Of a stretch of DNA of 64,000 bases, positions 25,011-39,807 are shown piece after piece. Below the pieces are notes generated by a model. The model made no database searches. It saw only the letters and a list, made by a program, of their open reading frames with translations, and was not told the origin of the DNA. The position numbers were made by a program, and so were the translations under genes. How positions within the stretch are numbered: position 1 is the stretch's first letter; each line of letters opens with the position of its first letter. The stretch is from Mobula hypostoma (taxonomy: Eukaryota): contig NC_086124.1 in the NCBI RefSeq assembly GCF_963921235.1, forward strand, positions 23,932,001-23,996,000, read 5' to 3'.

Positions 25011-25342
25011 ACCGAGCATGAGCGACACCTCACACATACACAGACAAGCAAATATTAAACTCTACCCTTCAAGGCCGCCAAGATCTTATATAAGACAATA
25101 GGATTTAAATAAATAATTTCTGGTTATACGATTCTACGTGCAAACAAATCTCAAGATTCTATAATTCATACGTTCTTTGACAATAAATGCATTTGGAAAC
25201 TTGAAATGTAGAAGTACGTGAAATATATACGTCATCACGCGATCATATGATACGTGCGGGCCTCGGTTGAAGTTTGACCCACATCCTTTTGAATTAGTTT
25301 AATTAGTTGAGATACAAAGTATAACATCTCAGTCTCCCTCTC

Positions 25343-25472
25343 NNNNNNNNNNNNNNNNNNNNNNNNNNNNNNNNNNNNNNNNNNNNNNNNNNNNNNNNNN
25401 NNNNNNNNNNNNNNNNNNNNNNNNNNNNNNNNNNNNNNNNNNNNNNNNNNNNNNNNNNNNNNNNNNNNNNNN
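25343..25472. other. Run of 130 N
   Basis: Replaces exactly the 130 nt equivalent to A 366-495. Confidence 0.95.
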
Positions 25473-26783
25473 TGTCTACCCGCTCTCCCTTTCCACCACC
25501 TTGCTCTCTACCCTCTCTTTCACTCTCTCTCTCCGCCCTCCTCTCTTTCTCGCTCCTCCATCTCTCCTTCTGGTTGAATGACAGTAAACTTGAACTAGAT
25601 CAAATAGAACGATGGCCTCTATTGTGAGGGACTTGGCATATGGAAGCACAGATGAATGTTTATAAGGATGTAGGTAAGACCATGCCTGGTGCACTGTGTA
25701 CAGTTCTGATCTTGGTCCTTAATGCAGAATACGTTTGCAGGGTGAGTTCTGGAGATGAAGGGATTGATATATAACGGAAGGTATGAACAGGTCGGGTCTA
25801 CACTTGAGAGAGAGAGAGAAAGACATGAAGGTTGTGCGTACTGTCATCTGTGTAGGTGCAATGAAAGCCATAGAACATATAACACAGCACAGGCCATTTG
25901 GCCCACAACCTTTTAATTTCCTCCAAGATCAAACTAACCCTCCCCACCTACATAGCCCTCTATTTTTTCTATCATCCATCCGCCTATCTGAGTCTCCTAA
26001 ATACCCCTAATGTATCTGCCTCTACCACCCCTGGCAGGGCGTTTTGTGCACGTGCCACTCTGTGTAAAGAACTTGCCTCTGAAAAGCCCTTCTCCTTTCC
26101 TCCAATCAGCTTAAAATTATGCCAATCTTATTCAGTTCTGCTCTGGGAAAAGTCTCTGCCTGTCCACTCGATCTATGCCTCTCATTCTCGTTCAGTCTGA
26201 AGAGAAAATCCCCAGCTCGCTTGACTTATCCTCATTACACATGTCTCCTAGACAAGGTAGTATCCTGCTGAATCTCCCCTGCACCCTCTCCTTCCACATC
26301 CTTCATATAATGAGGTGACCAAAGTCGAATACACGTCGAAGAGGACCACAATTTTGTCGTACGGTTTAGAGCTGGAGAAGTCTGTTGGCTGGAGTCCGGG
26401 CTTTACGCTTTGGCTCTTGGTAGGGTCAGCCGTGTCATACAGGTCAAAGGGTAGAGGGCAGATTAAGAGTGGTTCACCAGTTCTCCAGGTTCAGGGGGTT
26501 CAGCTCAGGGCCAATAAACCTGACCAGTCAAACAAAATTGTTATGCAAACAGCAACGAAGAATCCTTCCACATCTGAGTGTGACAGTATCCCTAAGGATT
26601 TGCATGACTGACAACAGTGAAAACTGTGTCAAATCAAATCATCAACAAGTGGGCTGGGCGCTGCCCGTAAACGTCACCACACTGCCGGTGCCAGCATAAC
26701 GTGAGCATGACTCACTAACCCTAACCTGTACGTCATTGGAATGTGGGAGGAATCGGGAGCACCCGGAGGAAACAACACCCAGA

Positions 26784-27380
26784 GGTGATATTGAGGCTCT
26801 ACAAGGCACTCGTGAGACCACACTTGGGGTATTGCGTGCAGTTTGGGGATCCTTATTATAGAAAGAATATACTGACATTTGAGACGGTTCAGAGAAGATT
26901 CACGAGAATGATTCCAGGAATGAAAGGGTTACTATATGAGGAACGTCTGGCAGCTCCTGGGCTGTATTCCCTGCAGTTCAGCAGAATAAAGGGGGATCTC
27001 ATAGAAACATTCCGAATGTTAAAAGGCCTGAACAGATTAGATATAGCTAAATTATTTCCCATGGTTGGGGGTGCTAGGAAAAGAGGGGAAGCCTTCAGGA
27101 TTGAAAGACGTCCATTTAGAACCGAGATGCGGGAAAATTTCTTTAGTCAGAGGGTGGTAAATCTGTGCAATTTGTTGCAACGAGCAGCTGTGGAGGCCAA
27201 GTCACTGGGTACATTTAAGGCAGCTAAAGATCGGTTCCTGTTTAGCCAGGGCCTCAAAGGGTATGGAGAGAAGGCAGGGAAGTGGGGATGACTGGTAGAA
27301 TTGCATCAGCCTATGATAGAATAGCAGAGCAGACTCGATGGGCCGAATGGCCTACTTCTGTTCCTATACCTTCTGGTCTT
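26784..27380 (+). mobile_element. CR1 LINE 3' fragment (B1 copy)
   Basis: Paralogue of 1798-2395. Confidence 0.85.
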
Positions 27381-29764
27381 ATGGTCACGGGGAGAACATT
27401 CGAAGTCAGACATCAAAAATACAGACATTAGTGGAAATCGAACCCCGATTAATAATCACTGGCACTTTAGAGCAATTGTGCTAACTGCTACGATATCGTG
27501 CAGTCCCTGATGATGTTAATTAGACAGTTTAGATTAACCTTTGTTTGTAATGTACACTTCTGCTGCTGAAAAATATTGATTTTGATGGTATTTATCTTGA
27601 TTGAGGCCCTCTGCTGGTCCAGGTTGACCACGGTGTCCCAGCTGTCTACATGATACGCAAGATGGTACACAACTCAGAGCAGGACGATACGGTGAGCAAG
27701 CCGTTGCCGACACAACAGGCTCCCCCGTCTCCGTGCTGCTGATGAAGCCAAAGGAATGACAGAGACCGATACAGTTTGGCACCAGCGTCATCGCAGTAGT
27801 TGTTGGTCAGTGTTGTACTCAATGTTCGACTGCCTTATCTGGCTCTGGATTTTTCCCTCGGGGTTTACCCCCAAAGCCTTCACCATGGAAGGCAGCGGAG
27901 GTTTGAGATCACACCTTTCCTTCTCTTCTATGGAATGCTGACCACAGCTGATGAGCCCCATCTGCTGAAGCGGTTGGTTTTAAGGGACCAATAACCCACC
28001 TTTGCCCTTTCCCCTGTGCTGGGCATAATAGCTAACCGACATGTGAAGTTCCAGGAGCTGGACTTGGATGTCAGAGGCTATTTGATCTGTACACCATTGA
28101 GAGCTCATTCCCACTGCCTTCCCAGGCTTTAACAACCTTAAGGAATTGGTAGTTAGAAGCTGTGCATCTGTTCCCATGACAATAAACTTGAACAAGAGAG
28201 AATGAACAGCAGAGGGCGCTATTGGGCAATAATTACTCCAGACATCTATCAGGAATGGCAGATGAAGTTCAATTCAAATAAATGCAAGGTGTTACATTTT
28301 CATGGATCAAACCAAGACAGGGCATACACAGTGAACAAGCAAGATCTGGTGAGTGTTGTAGACACTGTTCCCTCAGACCTGTATGGGTGTGCGACCATGC
28401 AGTAACTGAAATGCTCCCGCGCACATAGCCGTTGCTGCTGCGCAGCTGAAATTCGCTTTTATGTAATGTTAATATAATTTTGAAATATTGGCATAATTTT
28501 GAAATGATGCCAATATAATGTTGGAATCTATGTTAATATAATTGAGAAATACCCTGTAATTAATTCTGTAAATGAATAGAGTTCATTAATTTTCTAAATA
28601 GTAAACATACCACAAACTTTGAAACATTTTAGAGCTTTAATGCATTTACATTGTCAATGTTACAAGTTACAGCACTGTTACAAATTGTAACAATGAACAC
28701 AATCGGCAGCTCATTGTTAATAATCTGCCGGCCTGCTGAAAGTTGATGCTGTAATATTCATATTAAAAAAAACAATTAAAGTGCCAGGCAGTTTTCAGAG
28801 CAGTGGTTAGTCCACACAGTGGTAAAAAGAATTAGAGGGAAAGTCGGTTGCAGAACAGAGAGACCAGGGTGTGTTGGTACATAAAACCTTAAAGTGGCGA
28901 CACGGACAGGGAGGTAAAGAAGGTGTTTTTACACTTGGCCGTCATCGGAAGGGCACTCAGCACAGGAGTTGGGATGTCACGTTGTAGTTCTACAAAGACT
29001 TCAAAGACAAAGTAACAAAGTACGTATACTGTAGTGGGCTGGGTTGATGAGACCGAAACTAATCGAGTGTCCGGCAAACGTAATAAGTAAACAGGCCCGA
29101 CAAAGGAACTTAAGCCGAATTTATTATCACAAAAATAGAAAAGCACACAAAATACTCCGTACCAAGTCACAAAGGTTCCAGTGCTCACAATGCTTAGTGA
29201 CCAGTTGATTGTTGTTGGGAGAACTGCGAACTCCAACTCGCTCGTGAAATCATCCTGGGTCGTAGGCATCGATCGTGGTTTCCAGTCTAAAGAATCCAGG
29301 GAAAAGTGTTCCAGTAAATAGGAGATCCACAAACGTAGAGAGAGATACACAGAGACAGACAGATGCCTTGATCTTTTGCCCTCCTGCCATTAACCCAGCC
29401 TGGTTTCCTTCATTCATTAACACAGTGTTCAGCAGACCCTTAACAGAGAACATAGAACTCAGAATACTACAGCACAGTACAGGCCCTTCGGCCCACAATG
29501 TTCTGCCGACCCTCAAGCCTGCCTCCTATATAAGCCCCCACCTTAAATTTCTCCATATACCCTTACTAATCAGTTGAACACTGCAATGCTCAGTCTTTAT
29601 CCATCAGTCCACCAATGTTTAGGACTTAAATTTCCTTGAAATTACAGACGATCAGTGTATCTTAAATGCCCTGCCTCTTCCGACTTTAAATACCCTGCCC
29701 TAAATACCCTATAAACCTATACGTGCCTAAATGCCTCTAAATGTCTAACTGCCCTGCATTTCAT

Positions 29765-29795
<31 letters not shown>

Positions 29796-32700
29796 GTCCG
29801 ATGAGCACTGATCTCAGACTCTCGTTTTGTGGCCACTGTCCACGGCTCCCTGGGTAACTGAGCCAGTTCCTCCAGCCAAGATTGCGCCGAGCTTCAGTCT
29901 CTATCGAGGTCGTGGCTCAGACTGAAACTGATTTTTTAGGTTCGTATCAATGTTTTTGGTGACAGAGGGAGGTTTTACTGGTCAGGTTAGGATTTAGCGA
30001 CAGGAATGTGGGGCAATTAGAGGTTAGGCCAGATCTAGGGCTTTACTCCACCAGCGAAGGCTACCGATGACGTGATGAAGGACTTTCATGGATGGGTGTC
30101 CAGTTGGCAAACATGCTGGACAAAGACTAGCTGGTTCTCCTCCACACCCTGGGTCACTCAGTTCGCTGTAGAAGCAGTGGGGTTGGAACTACAGGCGGGC
30201 AGGGAGGATGAGGTCTGGTGACCCCTTAGCTACTCCAGTTGGCGTGTCTGGAGTTCGGGTCTAATGCCATCGATGAGGCCGTAGTTCGAGGACTGGAGTA
30301 CAGGGTCCCATCATCATTGTGCCCTGTGGTCAAGGACTGAAGGTCGATCGCGAGTCTAGAAATTGAGACCCGATGGCCTCCGACACTGGGTCTCCAACAG
30401 ACGCAGCCACCCGGCCTTTCCTGGGTTTGGAGGACGGTCTGGGTGTGCGCGCCTGCGTGGCGGGTCAGCGGGTGAGAGGGAGGTACAAGGTTTCTTTTGC
30501 TGTTGTTCTGCTGAACGTGGTGGGCAAGCTACGTAGGCGTCAGAATGTGTGACAACACTGGCGGGCTGCACCCAACACAGCCTGTTGGTTGTTTCGATAC
30601 ACACACACCATATATCAATCAGTCTGAATCTGGGGCCGTGGGACCCACTTCTGGAGCGAGCTGAGATTAAGATCTCAGAAGCCACTCTTGGAGTTTTCGG
30701 GAATTGCTACGCTGTGGGAGAGGGTAGCGATGATTTGAAGGCGCAGCGTGGGAATGGCACTGCCGAGGGTCCTCCACACCGAGGGGTTTGGGGAATGGTA
30801 CCGAGGGTTTGCGGCACCGTGAGAAGGGCGGGAAATGTGGCACTGCTGAGCTCTGTCAGGAACGCCACTCTGATGCAATCTTCCAGAGTAGACACTGTAG
30901 GTTCGCATCAGCAAGTCACGTCACAGTTGTATAAAACTTTGGATGGGGTGCACTTGGTTTAACTGTGTGCAGTTCAGGCCATCCCATTACAGGTAAGATG
31001 CGGAGGAGTGGAGGTTACAGAGAAAATAGAACACATCACAGCACAGAACAGGCCGTTGGCCCACAGTGGAATTTGGAAGGATCGGGGGAGGAATCTCATT
31101 GAAACCTTTCAAATGTTGAAAGGCCTAGACAGAGTAGATGTGGGAAGGATGTTTCCCATGGTAGGGGAAGTCTACGAGAAGAGGGCACAGCCTCAGGATA
31201 GAGGGGCGTCCATTTAAAACAGAGATGTGGAGAAATTTCTTTAGCCAGAGGCTGGTGAATTTGTCGAATCTGTCAGCTGTGGAGGCCAGGTCGTTGGGTG
31301 CATTTAAGGAAGAACTTGATAGGTTCTTTTTTGGACACGGCATCAAAGGTTACGGGGAGTGAGGCTGTGGCGTGAGGGGGGGGCGGGGATCAGCCATGAT
31401 TGAGTGGCAGAACAGATTTGATGGGCCAAATAGCCAAATTCTACCCCCATGTGTTAGGATGTTATGTTATGTCCAGCTATTTACCTGCTCTAAGATTAAT
31501 CCAACCCTTCCGTCCCACATATCCCTCCATTGTTCTATCGTCCATTTTCCTGTCCAAGAGTTTCTTAAATGTCCCCAAAGTATGTGTGTCCACTACCACC
31601 CCTGCTGATGCATTTCGCGCACCCACCACTCTCTGTGTGAAAAACCTACCTCTGACATCCCCTCTATGCTTTCCTCTAATCACCTTAAAATTGTACCCCA
31701 TCATATGAGCCATTTCCGCCCTGAGAAAAAGCCTCTGGCTCTCCAGTCTATCGATGCCTCTTGTCGTCTTGCACACCTCTATCAGGTCACTTCTCATCTT
31801 CCTTTGCTGCGGAGAGAAAAGCCCCAGCTTGCTGAACCTGTTTTCATAAGACATGCTCTCTAATCCAGGCAGCATTCTGGTAAATCTTCTCTGCACCCTC
31901 TCCAAATGAAGTGGCCTGAACTGAACACAATACTTCAAGTGTGGTCTAACTGGAGTTGTGTGGAGATGAAACATTATCTGATGGATCTTAAACTTAATCA
32001 TCCGACTGATGACGGCCAACACTCCTTATGCTTTCTTCACCATTCTGTCGCCTTGCTACCGAATTTGAGGCATCTACGGGCTCCATCTCTGTTCCTCCAC
32101 ACTGCTAAAAGTCCTGACAAAAACTCTGCCTTTAAGTTCAACCTTACAAAGTGAGTCATTTCACACTTTTCTGAGTGACACTCTGAGGTGTCAGAGTTCA
32201 GTGAATCAGCGATGACAAAGGCTTTGGAGAGGATGCAGAAAAGGGGGCAAGTACGACTCAAGGGTTGAAACGGCTTCCAGATGGGCACGGGATAGAGGCA
32301 CAGGAGCAGTATGACATGGTCTGCCAGCATCGGCAACGACCTCATCTCTCTGGCTGTGAAACTGCAGAGGACCCTGCCACCACCGGACTCTCATCACAAC
32401 GACAACAGCTGTTTACAGTTTACTGTTTACTGTTTACCTCTGTTGAGCGCTCAACCGACATTGAATTATACTTATAAGCTTACCTGTGGCAATATTTTGT
32501 GTCATGCGCTGTGTGTCATGCATATTTTGTATGTTTCCGTAGTCCCGGGGAACAATGCTTCGTTTGATCGTATATATGTACCGCCAGATAACAAATGTGA
32601 ACTTGAGAAGGAGAAAGGATAAGTGACGCGTAGAAGTTAAATATATTACGCACTGCGTTATTGTTGACTGGAAATCGTTGTCATACAGACTCATAGATGG

Positions 32701-34396
32701 TGATAGAAAGGAGCATCTGAAAATATCTGGACGGACACAAACCCAAGCGGAGGCTGGGGTGACAGGTGTATTTACCTCTGACAGGATTGTGTTGAAAACA
32801 GAGTCAAACCACTTTTTCCCGTGTGGCAATCCTAAACACCAGAGAGTATGGAATTAAAGTGAAAAGGAGGATATTTCAAAGGAGTCTTACAGTGCAAACG
32901 CTTCCACACAAGGGTGATGGATTCTAGGAACGCGTTGTCGGGATAAACGGTGCGGGTAGTTTGTAACTGCAGCGAATACGGGATGTTTAGATTGGTTGAC
33001 GTGTGAATTGTGTAATATCCACTGTATGGCGGCGCATAGGGTTAGTTGAAAATGTTTGGATAATAATTCAGAACTGGCGGTGTTGTGCATGTTGAGGAAG
33101 TTTCTAGGAAGATCCTGCACTATGTATGCCAATTGGGTATTTGGGAAGCAATTTGGCAGATGAATGTTAATCCGGAATCAGTGGCCTTCTACACACTTGT
33201 GTGTGGGGTGAGGTTAAATGCAATCATAAAATATTTATTGAATGGACTGGATGCTTGGAAGCTTCAATGAACAGTAGGAACTTTGTCTGGACCTCCATAT
33301 CTTCCTGAATGTAACATGGCACGGAGAGATGTTGGTAAAGAAGGAGTAAGCATCCTTCTGTTAAATGACTGTAAGTCATGCAGCAACTGCGTAAATAATT
33401 GAACGTCGATATCTCCGACTTCCAGTTCACTTTCTTCCTCTATTTTCCATTACTTTAATTCACCGCTCTGCCCCCACTTAGTTCCTCTCTCTTCTCCACT
33501 GCACATTTCCTCCGCTTACTTTCCCTTCCCTCTCTCCTGTGATCCACTCGCTTTTCCGATCTGATTCCTTCTTCTGCTATTTGTCTTCCACTTATCACCA
33601 CCTAACATTGCTTCACACCCCTCTCGTATTACCTACTTTAGCTGCCACTTTCTAGTCTGTACACATTTCCCTCCGTCCACCTTATTACTCTGATTTCTTT
33701 CCTCTTCCTTTCCAGTTCCGATGAAGGGTTCCGGAAAACTCGACTGTTTATTCATTTATATAGATCCTGCCTGAGCTAATAAGCCGCCCAGGATTTTGTA
33801 TGCGTTGCTGAGAATGCTTAGCGTCTGCAAAATCTCTTGGCTGCGGAAATAATTGTTTTGGCACATTTGTACCGTCGTTCATTTGGGCTTCTAAGTATCA
33901 CTTAGACAGAGTATTGATTAAGAAGAGATTGTCCACGGAGACGCACATGAGGAGTTTAAATTAGCGTTATTGTTGGCACCCCAACCATGTGCCGAACGGT
34001 CTATTCCTGTGCTGCACTGATCTGTGTTCATCATTTTCACCCACGTATTTATAAAATTGAGTTAAGTGCGGATTCTTTGATTCGATTCCTGGGCCAGACA
34101 GCCCTGTTTCCCATAGTTCTTGAGAGACAAACAGAATGATAGAATGCGGCACACAACTGCTGATATTTACTGCGCGACATAGAAGCCAGTCGTTTTTACT
34201 GGAGCGGGAAGTTGAGGGAGGAAGTTTCATTTTAAGTGTATCTTATTTATCGATACAGCAGGGTAACAGGGGTTTCCACCAGAACCTTCACGTCTTTGGA
34301 ATGTGTATGCAACAGAGCCATCTGGAGTAAACCACCGCCGTCACCGATAGATCGTAGAAAATTCATAGAGACGGTTGTTGGGACTGAAACCGCGCC

Positions 34397-36445
34397 TCAG
34401 GCGCGGTGAAACATTGTGCGAACCACTACGCGACGTTCAGCTGGTGGACTTACTTTCCGATTAGCTGGTCTCACTAGGCGAGAGAATGGAGATTTCAACA
34501 CCTCCCGCATCTGCTCCCTGAACTTTTTCTGGGTCAAGGCGTAAAGAGCCGTGTTTGTGCAGCAGCTCAGTAGCTGCAGCATGTAGCCCAGCTCCCTCAT
34601 GGTCGAAGGTGGGTACAGAGCAAAATTCAGATATGATAAACGAAAAAAATATGATCGCATCCACACAGTGTGCACAACAAAAACCACCCACAACACGATG
34701 AAATTCGCCGACACGACCAACAGTAAAATGAGCGACTTCCTCCGGCTTTGCATCTCCGGGTCCTTGGAGCTATCCCCATTGCTGTGATTCCGGAGTCTCC
34801 TCCGAGATCTGCTCGCCACTACCACGTGTCTGATGGTCAAAGCATTGAGCAGCAGAATGACCACAAACGGGATCACAGGCGTCAGAAAGAAGCTGCAAGA
34901 CTCGACTATTGTCCAGGCAACTGAGAACAGAACACCGTCTCTTCCGTGGCAAAACCAAGGGACGTTATTAAACTGGTAGTGTCCTGAGAGCAAAAAATAC
35001 CAGAAAATGTTCTTCAAACAGCTCAGGGCGGCCACAGTCCACAGAACAACAGCCGCAGTTCTCTCGGTACAGTATTGAGCTTTCAGATTCTGGTGGCGAA
35101 TAGCCACAAATCGGTCAAAGGTGAACATGACGGTGAACCAGACGGAGCAGTCGTTGGTTGTGTAACGTAGGACCGCGTGGATATTACACACGGGGATGTT
35201 CATCAGGAATATAAACGCATCCCAAAAAACAATAGGAATCTGCCTCAATACCAGGTCGAAGACAACAACGAGAACATCCGCCAATGCCATGGCCATCAAG
35301 TAACGAGCGACGCCTTTCGAAAGACCGCACTTTCCCTGGGACAGGACCACAATCGTCAGCACGTTCACTATTGGGATTGAAAGAAACACAAGCATGTTTG
35401 TGGGCAAGGAATAATGTCAGCACAGTCACAGACAGAAAATGTAGAAACATGTCTTTGAACCCAGACTTGTAGACTGCGGTTTTCCAGCATCAGCGATGTC
35501 TGCTGGTGACGAGGATTATAGGTCAGTGAAGTCGACAAAGAACTGGAAAATTACGTCACCACGCCAAACAACGAACAGCTGAGAAGATGTGCTCTCGGAT
35601 TTCGGTGAAGATGAATTTGAAATAGGGCTCGAAATTGGTCATTGAATTGGAATTGCTTTACTATTACGGAAGTGGTATCACAAGGGTACAGGGAAACACG
35701 CGTCTCCACAATGTGCATACAGATCAATTCTTTACTCAGTGCTTTGAGGCGTGACGTAATATCAGTTCAGGCTCTCCGGCTTCTTTTGCTGGTCTTTTAA
35801 ATGTATACAATATTTGGGAAGCCATCTATTTTAAACTGCAGTCCAAATTGGGAGTTTGGTATCTAAAGCTACCAGAGATGCTTACTCAGTTGAAAATTTT
35901 AAACGCCAGCTCAGAAGATCTTTATTTAACCTTGATTTTAACTGGAATTATTTTGTCTGCTATTTTCATGTTATGTCCGTTTGTATTATAAAAACACATT
36001 GAAACTTCGTCTATTTGGAAAGTGGCCTGATTATTATTATTATTATTGCTGTTGTTGTTGTTGTTGTTGTTGCTTAAAGAAAAAAAATGGGGAGATAAAT
36101 GTTATTGGCCGAATCTATCAATGTTTTACAGGATCATCATCAAAAGTTCAGTTAGTGAGGACGATGGACTGCGTTAACCGGAAAATGTCTTTAAATTCCT
36201 TCCGATCAAATCTCTTTACCATAAGCCGTGATCACTGCTTCTCCTTCTCTCGTCAGCAACTTACCGGGAAATGCAACCAAAGCGAGAACGGGATAGTAGA
36301 TGGGCTGAATTGTCCGGAGTAAATACCAGATCCGTCTGTCTTCTGATATCCAAGGGTTATTCGAAAAAATATAGGGAGCCAGGCTGAAGACACCCTTCCC
36401 CGTCCCTGGAACATTCCATGGTCCTATTTCTCGTTCCTGAACCAT
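34397..36445 (-). CDS. Two-exon GPR139/GPR142-like GPCR, 383 aa, copy 2 (exon 1 36445-36265, exon 2 35367-34397)
   Basis: Same splice sites and exon sizes (181 + 971 nt) and an open frame. 29 aa differences from copy 1 by manual count. Confidence 0.92.
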
Positions 36446-39400
36446 TGCCCGTCACCGTTCCCAGATACCAGTCGGTGACCGGCGATTCGCACGCTGCACA
36501 TCTAACCGTTCACGTAAAATTCCACTTTGATGTTCGCAGTTCCCCAATTATTGTCTTCCGCTGTCGAGCCGCTGCGGTCCGAGTATGAACCTTCATCGAA
36601 AGGAGCAATTTTAAATAGAGCTGATAATCCCCCAGTGACATAGCCAGGCTCCATACGGGCTGACGTTAATTACTCAACATACATCTACGGTTAACCCCTT
36701 TGAATCCGGATCTCGGGTGCAAAAGGTAAAACGAACTATTAAACAGGGTGGTGATGTCCGGGATATATGTCCAACGATCCCGGACATTCGTTCTGCATCA
36801 TCTAGCAGGAGACAGAATAGTTGCAAGCACGTACCATCAGGCTGAGTAACAGCTTCAATCACCACATTATTAAAATATTCAACCCTTCCCCCTGACGATT
36901 AGATGGACTCTTGATATTGCAATCTGCCTCGCTCTGACTTTGCAATTTGTTGTTCCCCTGCGCCGCACTTTCTCTGTAACTGCAGCGCTTTATTCTGTAT
37001 TCTGTCATTGTATTACCCGGAAATCAATGCACTGAGACAATCATTCTTTTCTTTTTTTGAATCAGGAGTATGTAAAACAAGGTTGTTTTCTTTTCCCAGC
37101 ATCGGCAAATACAATGAAGTCCCGTGTACCATCAGTGTCCGATCGGGCAGGATGCTGCGCAGCGTCCTCACCAGGACCAGCAGTATCTAAAACAGTTACT
37201 TTCTCCAGGCAGTAACTGATCGACACTTATACCGACCAACACATTCCACCATCTCCCCCTCCCACCCAACACCACTACTTTATCATTTCCTATCAGTAAA
37301 CATGTGAACAGCCCTTAGAGTCACTTTGTAGACATATCAATCTCTGAATATAAACTATTTATGTATTTATATTTATTGTCCTTTTTATTACTGTGCTCTT
37401 TGCCCTATTGTGTTTTTTGGCGCTGCAATGGATCCGGAGTAACAACTGTTCGGTTCCCCTTTGCACTTGTGTAATGGAAATAATATTGAACAATTTTGAA
37501 TCTTGAATAATAGACCCATTTACTAATTGACCACTCTGCAGTGTGATGGATCAATCGGTTAGGGAGCGGCCTGCAGCTTCTGATGAAAGACTCAGAGGGG
37601 ATCCTTTCTTTCGACGGGAGGAGGCTGATGGAAACCTTGCAACTTTGCTCCAGTTAATCTGACGTCACTGAGTGACAACTCGGAAATTATGCGGTCGAAA
37701 TTGCTTTATTTATGAAAGGCATTTGGACCAAATCTGTATTAAAGTTCAACATATATTAAATCCCGTTTAAACGCCCATCCACTCGACTGAAACAATGACA
37801 ACAAACACAGACTGTTGGAGGAGATCGGCAGGTCAGGCAGCCTATATGGAAGTGAATAAACAGTGGACGTTTCCGGTCGAGACCGTTTATCAGGACCGAA
37901 GAGGAAGGAGGCACACGCCAGAGTGAAATGGTGGGGAACACGATAAGGAATACAGATTGGTGAGTCATATTTGTGGCCAAGTGAGCGGGTAAATGGGTGG
38001 GTGGGGAAGAGGAATGAAGTAAAGACGTTGTAGTTGATAGTTGGAACAAATAAGGCAAGTTAAGAAGGAATCTGATAAGAGAGGGGAATAGACCATGGGG
38101 GAAATTGAAGGAGGTGGTCACAAGGGGGAGGTGATCTGCTTGTGAGGGAATGAAGGAAGAGTGGTGTCAGAATGGATAATTGAAGAAAAGGGAAGGGGAG
38201 CAGAGAAAATTATCGGAAAACATTAAAAAATTGACATTTTTCTTCTTATGCACCTATCATATCAAAAATACTTCCACTATTAAACCGGTTAGTACATCTG
38301 ACGTGTTGCGTTCAGATCACAGCGCAGGAAAATATAAGCCAGCCTACCAATATTTCGTCATAACCTGCAAACCAACAGATTGCCCAGAGATTCTCCGCGC
38401 ACTGCTTTCAATCCTCCTGTACAATGGTGACCAGAATTACCCACAGTACTCTAAAAGCGGGCAACGTAATGTTACGCACATGAGAGTGGTGTTGATTAAA
38501 GGAACCGCTTTGACTGAATAGTGGAGAAGTCTTGTTGGGCAGAATAGCTGCATTATGATGCTATAATTTGTAGGTTCAATACCTCACCCTGGGTCCCTTT
38601 CACCTTCCAGTTTTACCCTTTATACTCACAGCTACGCCCTGTCCTTCGCCTGTTAATCACTCTGTTAACACTCTCTCACTGGCCGTCTCTTCTTTCCGTT
38701 CGACTGCTGCTAGTTCTCGACGAAATGTCTGGATATTATCCCTGCTCTAGTTTATGGCCACAACACTGTGAACCTTCCTCGCCACAACACAATATATAAG
38801 GGAAGGTATGAACAGGTCGCGTCTACACTTGAGAGAGAGAGAGAAAGACATTAAGGTTGTGCGTACTGTCATCTGTGTAGGTGCAATGAAAGCCATAGAA
38901 AATATAACACAGCACAGGCCATTTGGCCCACAACCTTTTAATTTCCTCCAAGATCAAACTAACCCTCCACAACTACATAACCCTCTATTTTTTCTATCAT
39001 CCATCAGCCTATCTGAGTCTCTTAAATACCCCTAATATATCTTCCTCTACCAACCCTGGCAGGGCGTTTTGTGCACGTGCCACTCTGTGTAAAGAACTTG
39101 CCTCTGAAAAGCCCTTCTCCTTTCCTCCAATCAGCTTAAAATTATGCCAATCTTATTCAGTTCTGCTCTGGGAAAAGTCTCTGCCTGTCCACTCGATCTA
39201 TGCCTCTCATCCTCGTTCACTCTGAAGAGAAAATCCCCAGCTCGCTTGACTTATCCTCATTACAAATGTCTCCTCGTCAATGTAGTATCCTGCTGAATCC
39301 CCCTGCACCTTCTCCTTCCACATCCTTCCTATAATGAGGTGACCAAAGCTGAATACACGTCGAAGAGGACCACAATCTTGTCGTACGGTTTAGAGCTGGA

Positions 39401-39807
39401 GAAGTCTGTTGGCTGGAGTCCGGGCTTTACGCTTTGGCTCTTGGTTGGGTCAGCCGTGTCATACAGGTCAAAGGGTAGAGGCAAGATTAAGAGTGGTTCA
39501 CCAGTCCTCCAGGTTCAGGGGGTTCAGCTCAGGGCCAATAAACCTGACTAGTCAAACAAAATTGCTATGCAAACAGCAACGAAGAATCCTTCTACATCTG
39601 AGTGTGATAGTATCCCTAAGGATTTGCATGACTGACAGCAGTGAAAACTGTGTCAAATAAAATCAGCAACAAGTGGGCTGGGCTCTGCCCGTAAACGTCA
39701 CCACACTGCCGGTGCCAATATAACGTGAGCATGACTCACTAACCCTAACCTGTACGTCACTGGAATGTGGGAGGAATCTGGAGCAACCGGAGGAAACATC
39801 ACCCAGA

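Noticed and set aside
26515-26590. Hydrophobic VEGFFVAVCITILFDWSG as a possible Ig leader exon (minus strand)
   Set aside because: No in-frame ATG, a weak donor, and TGG is TAG in the A and B2 copies.
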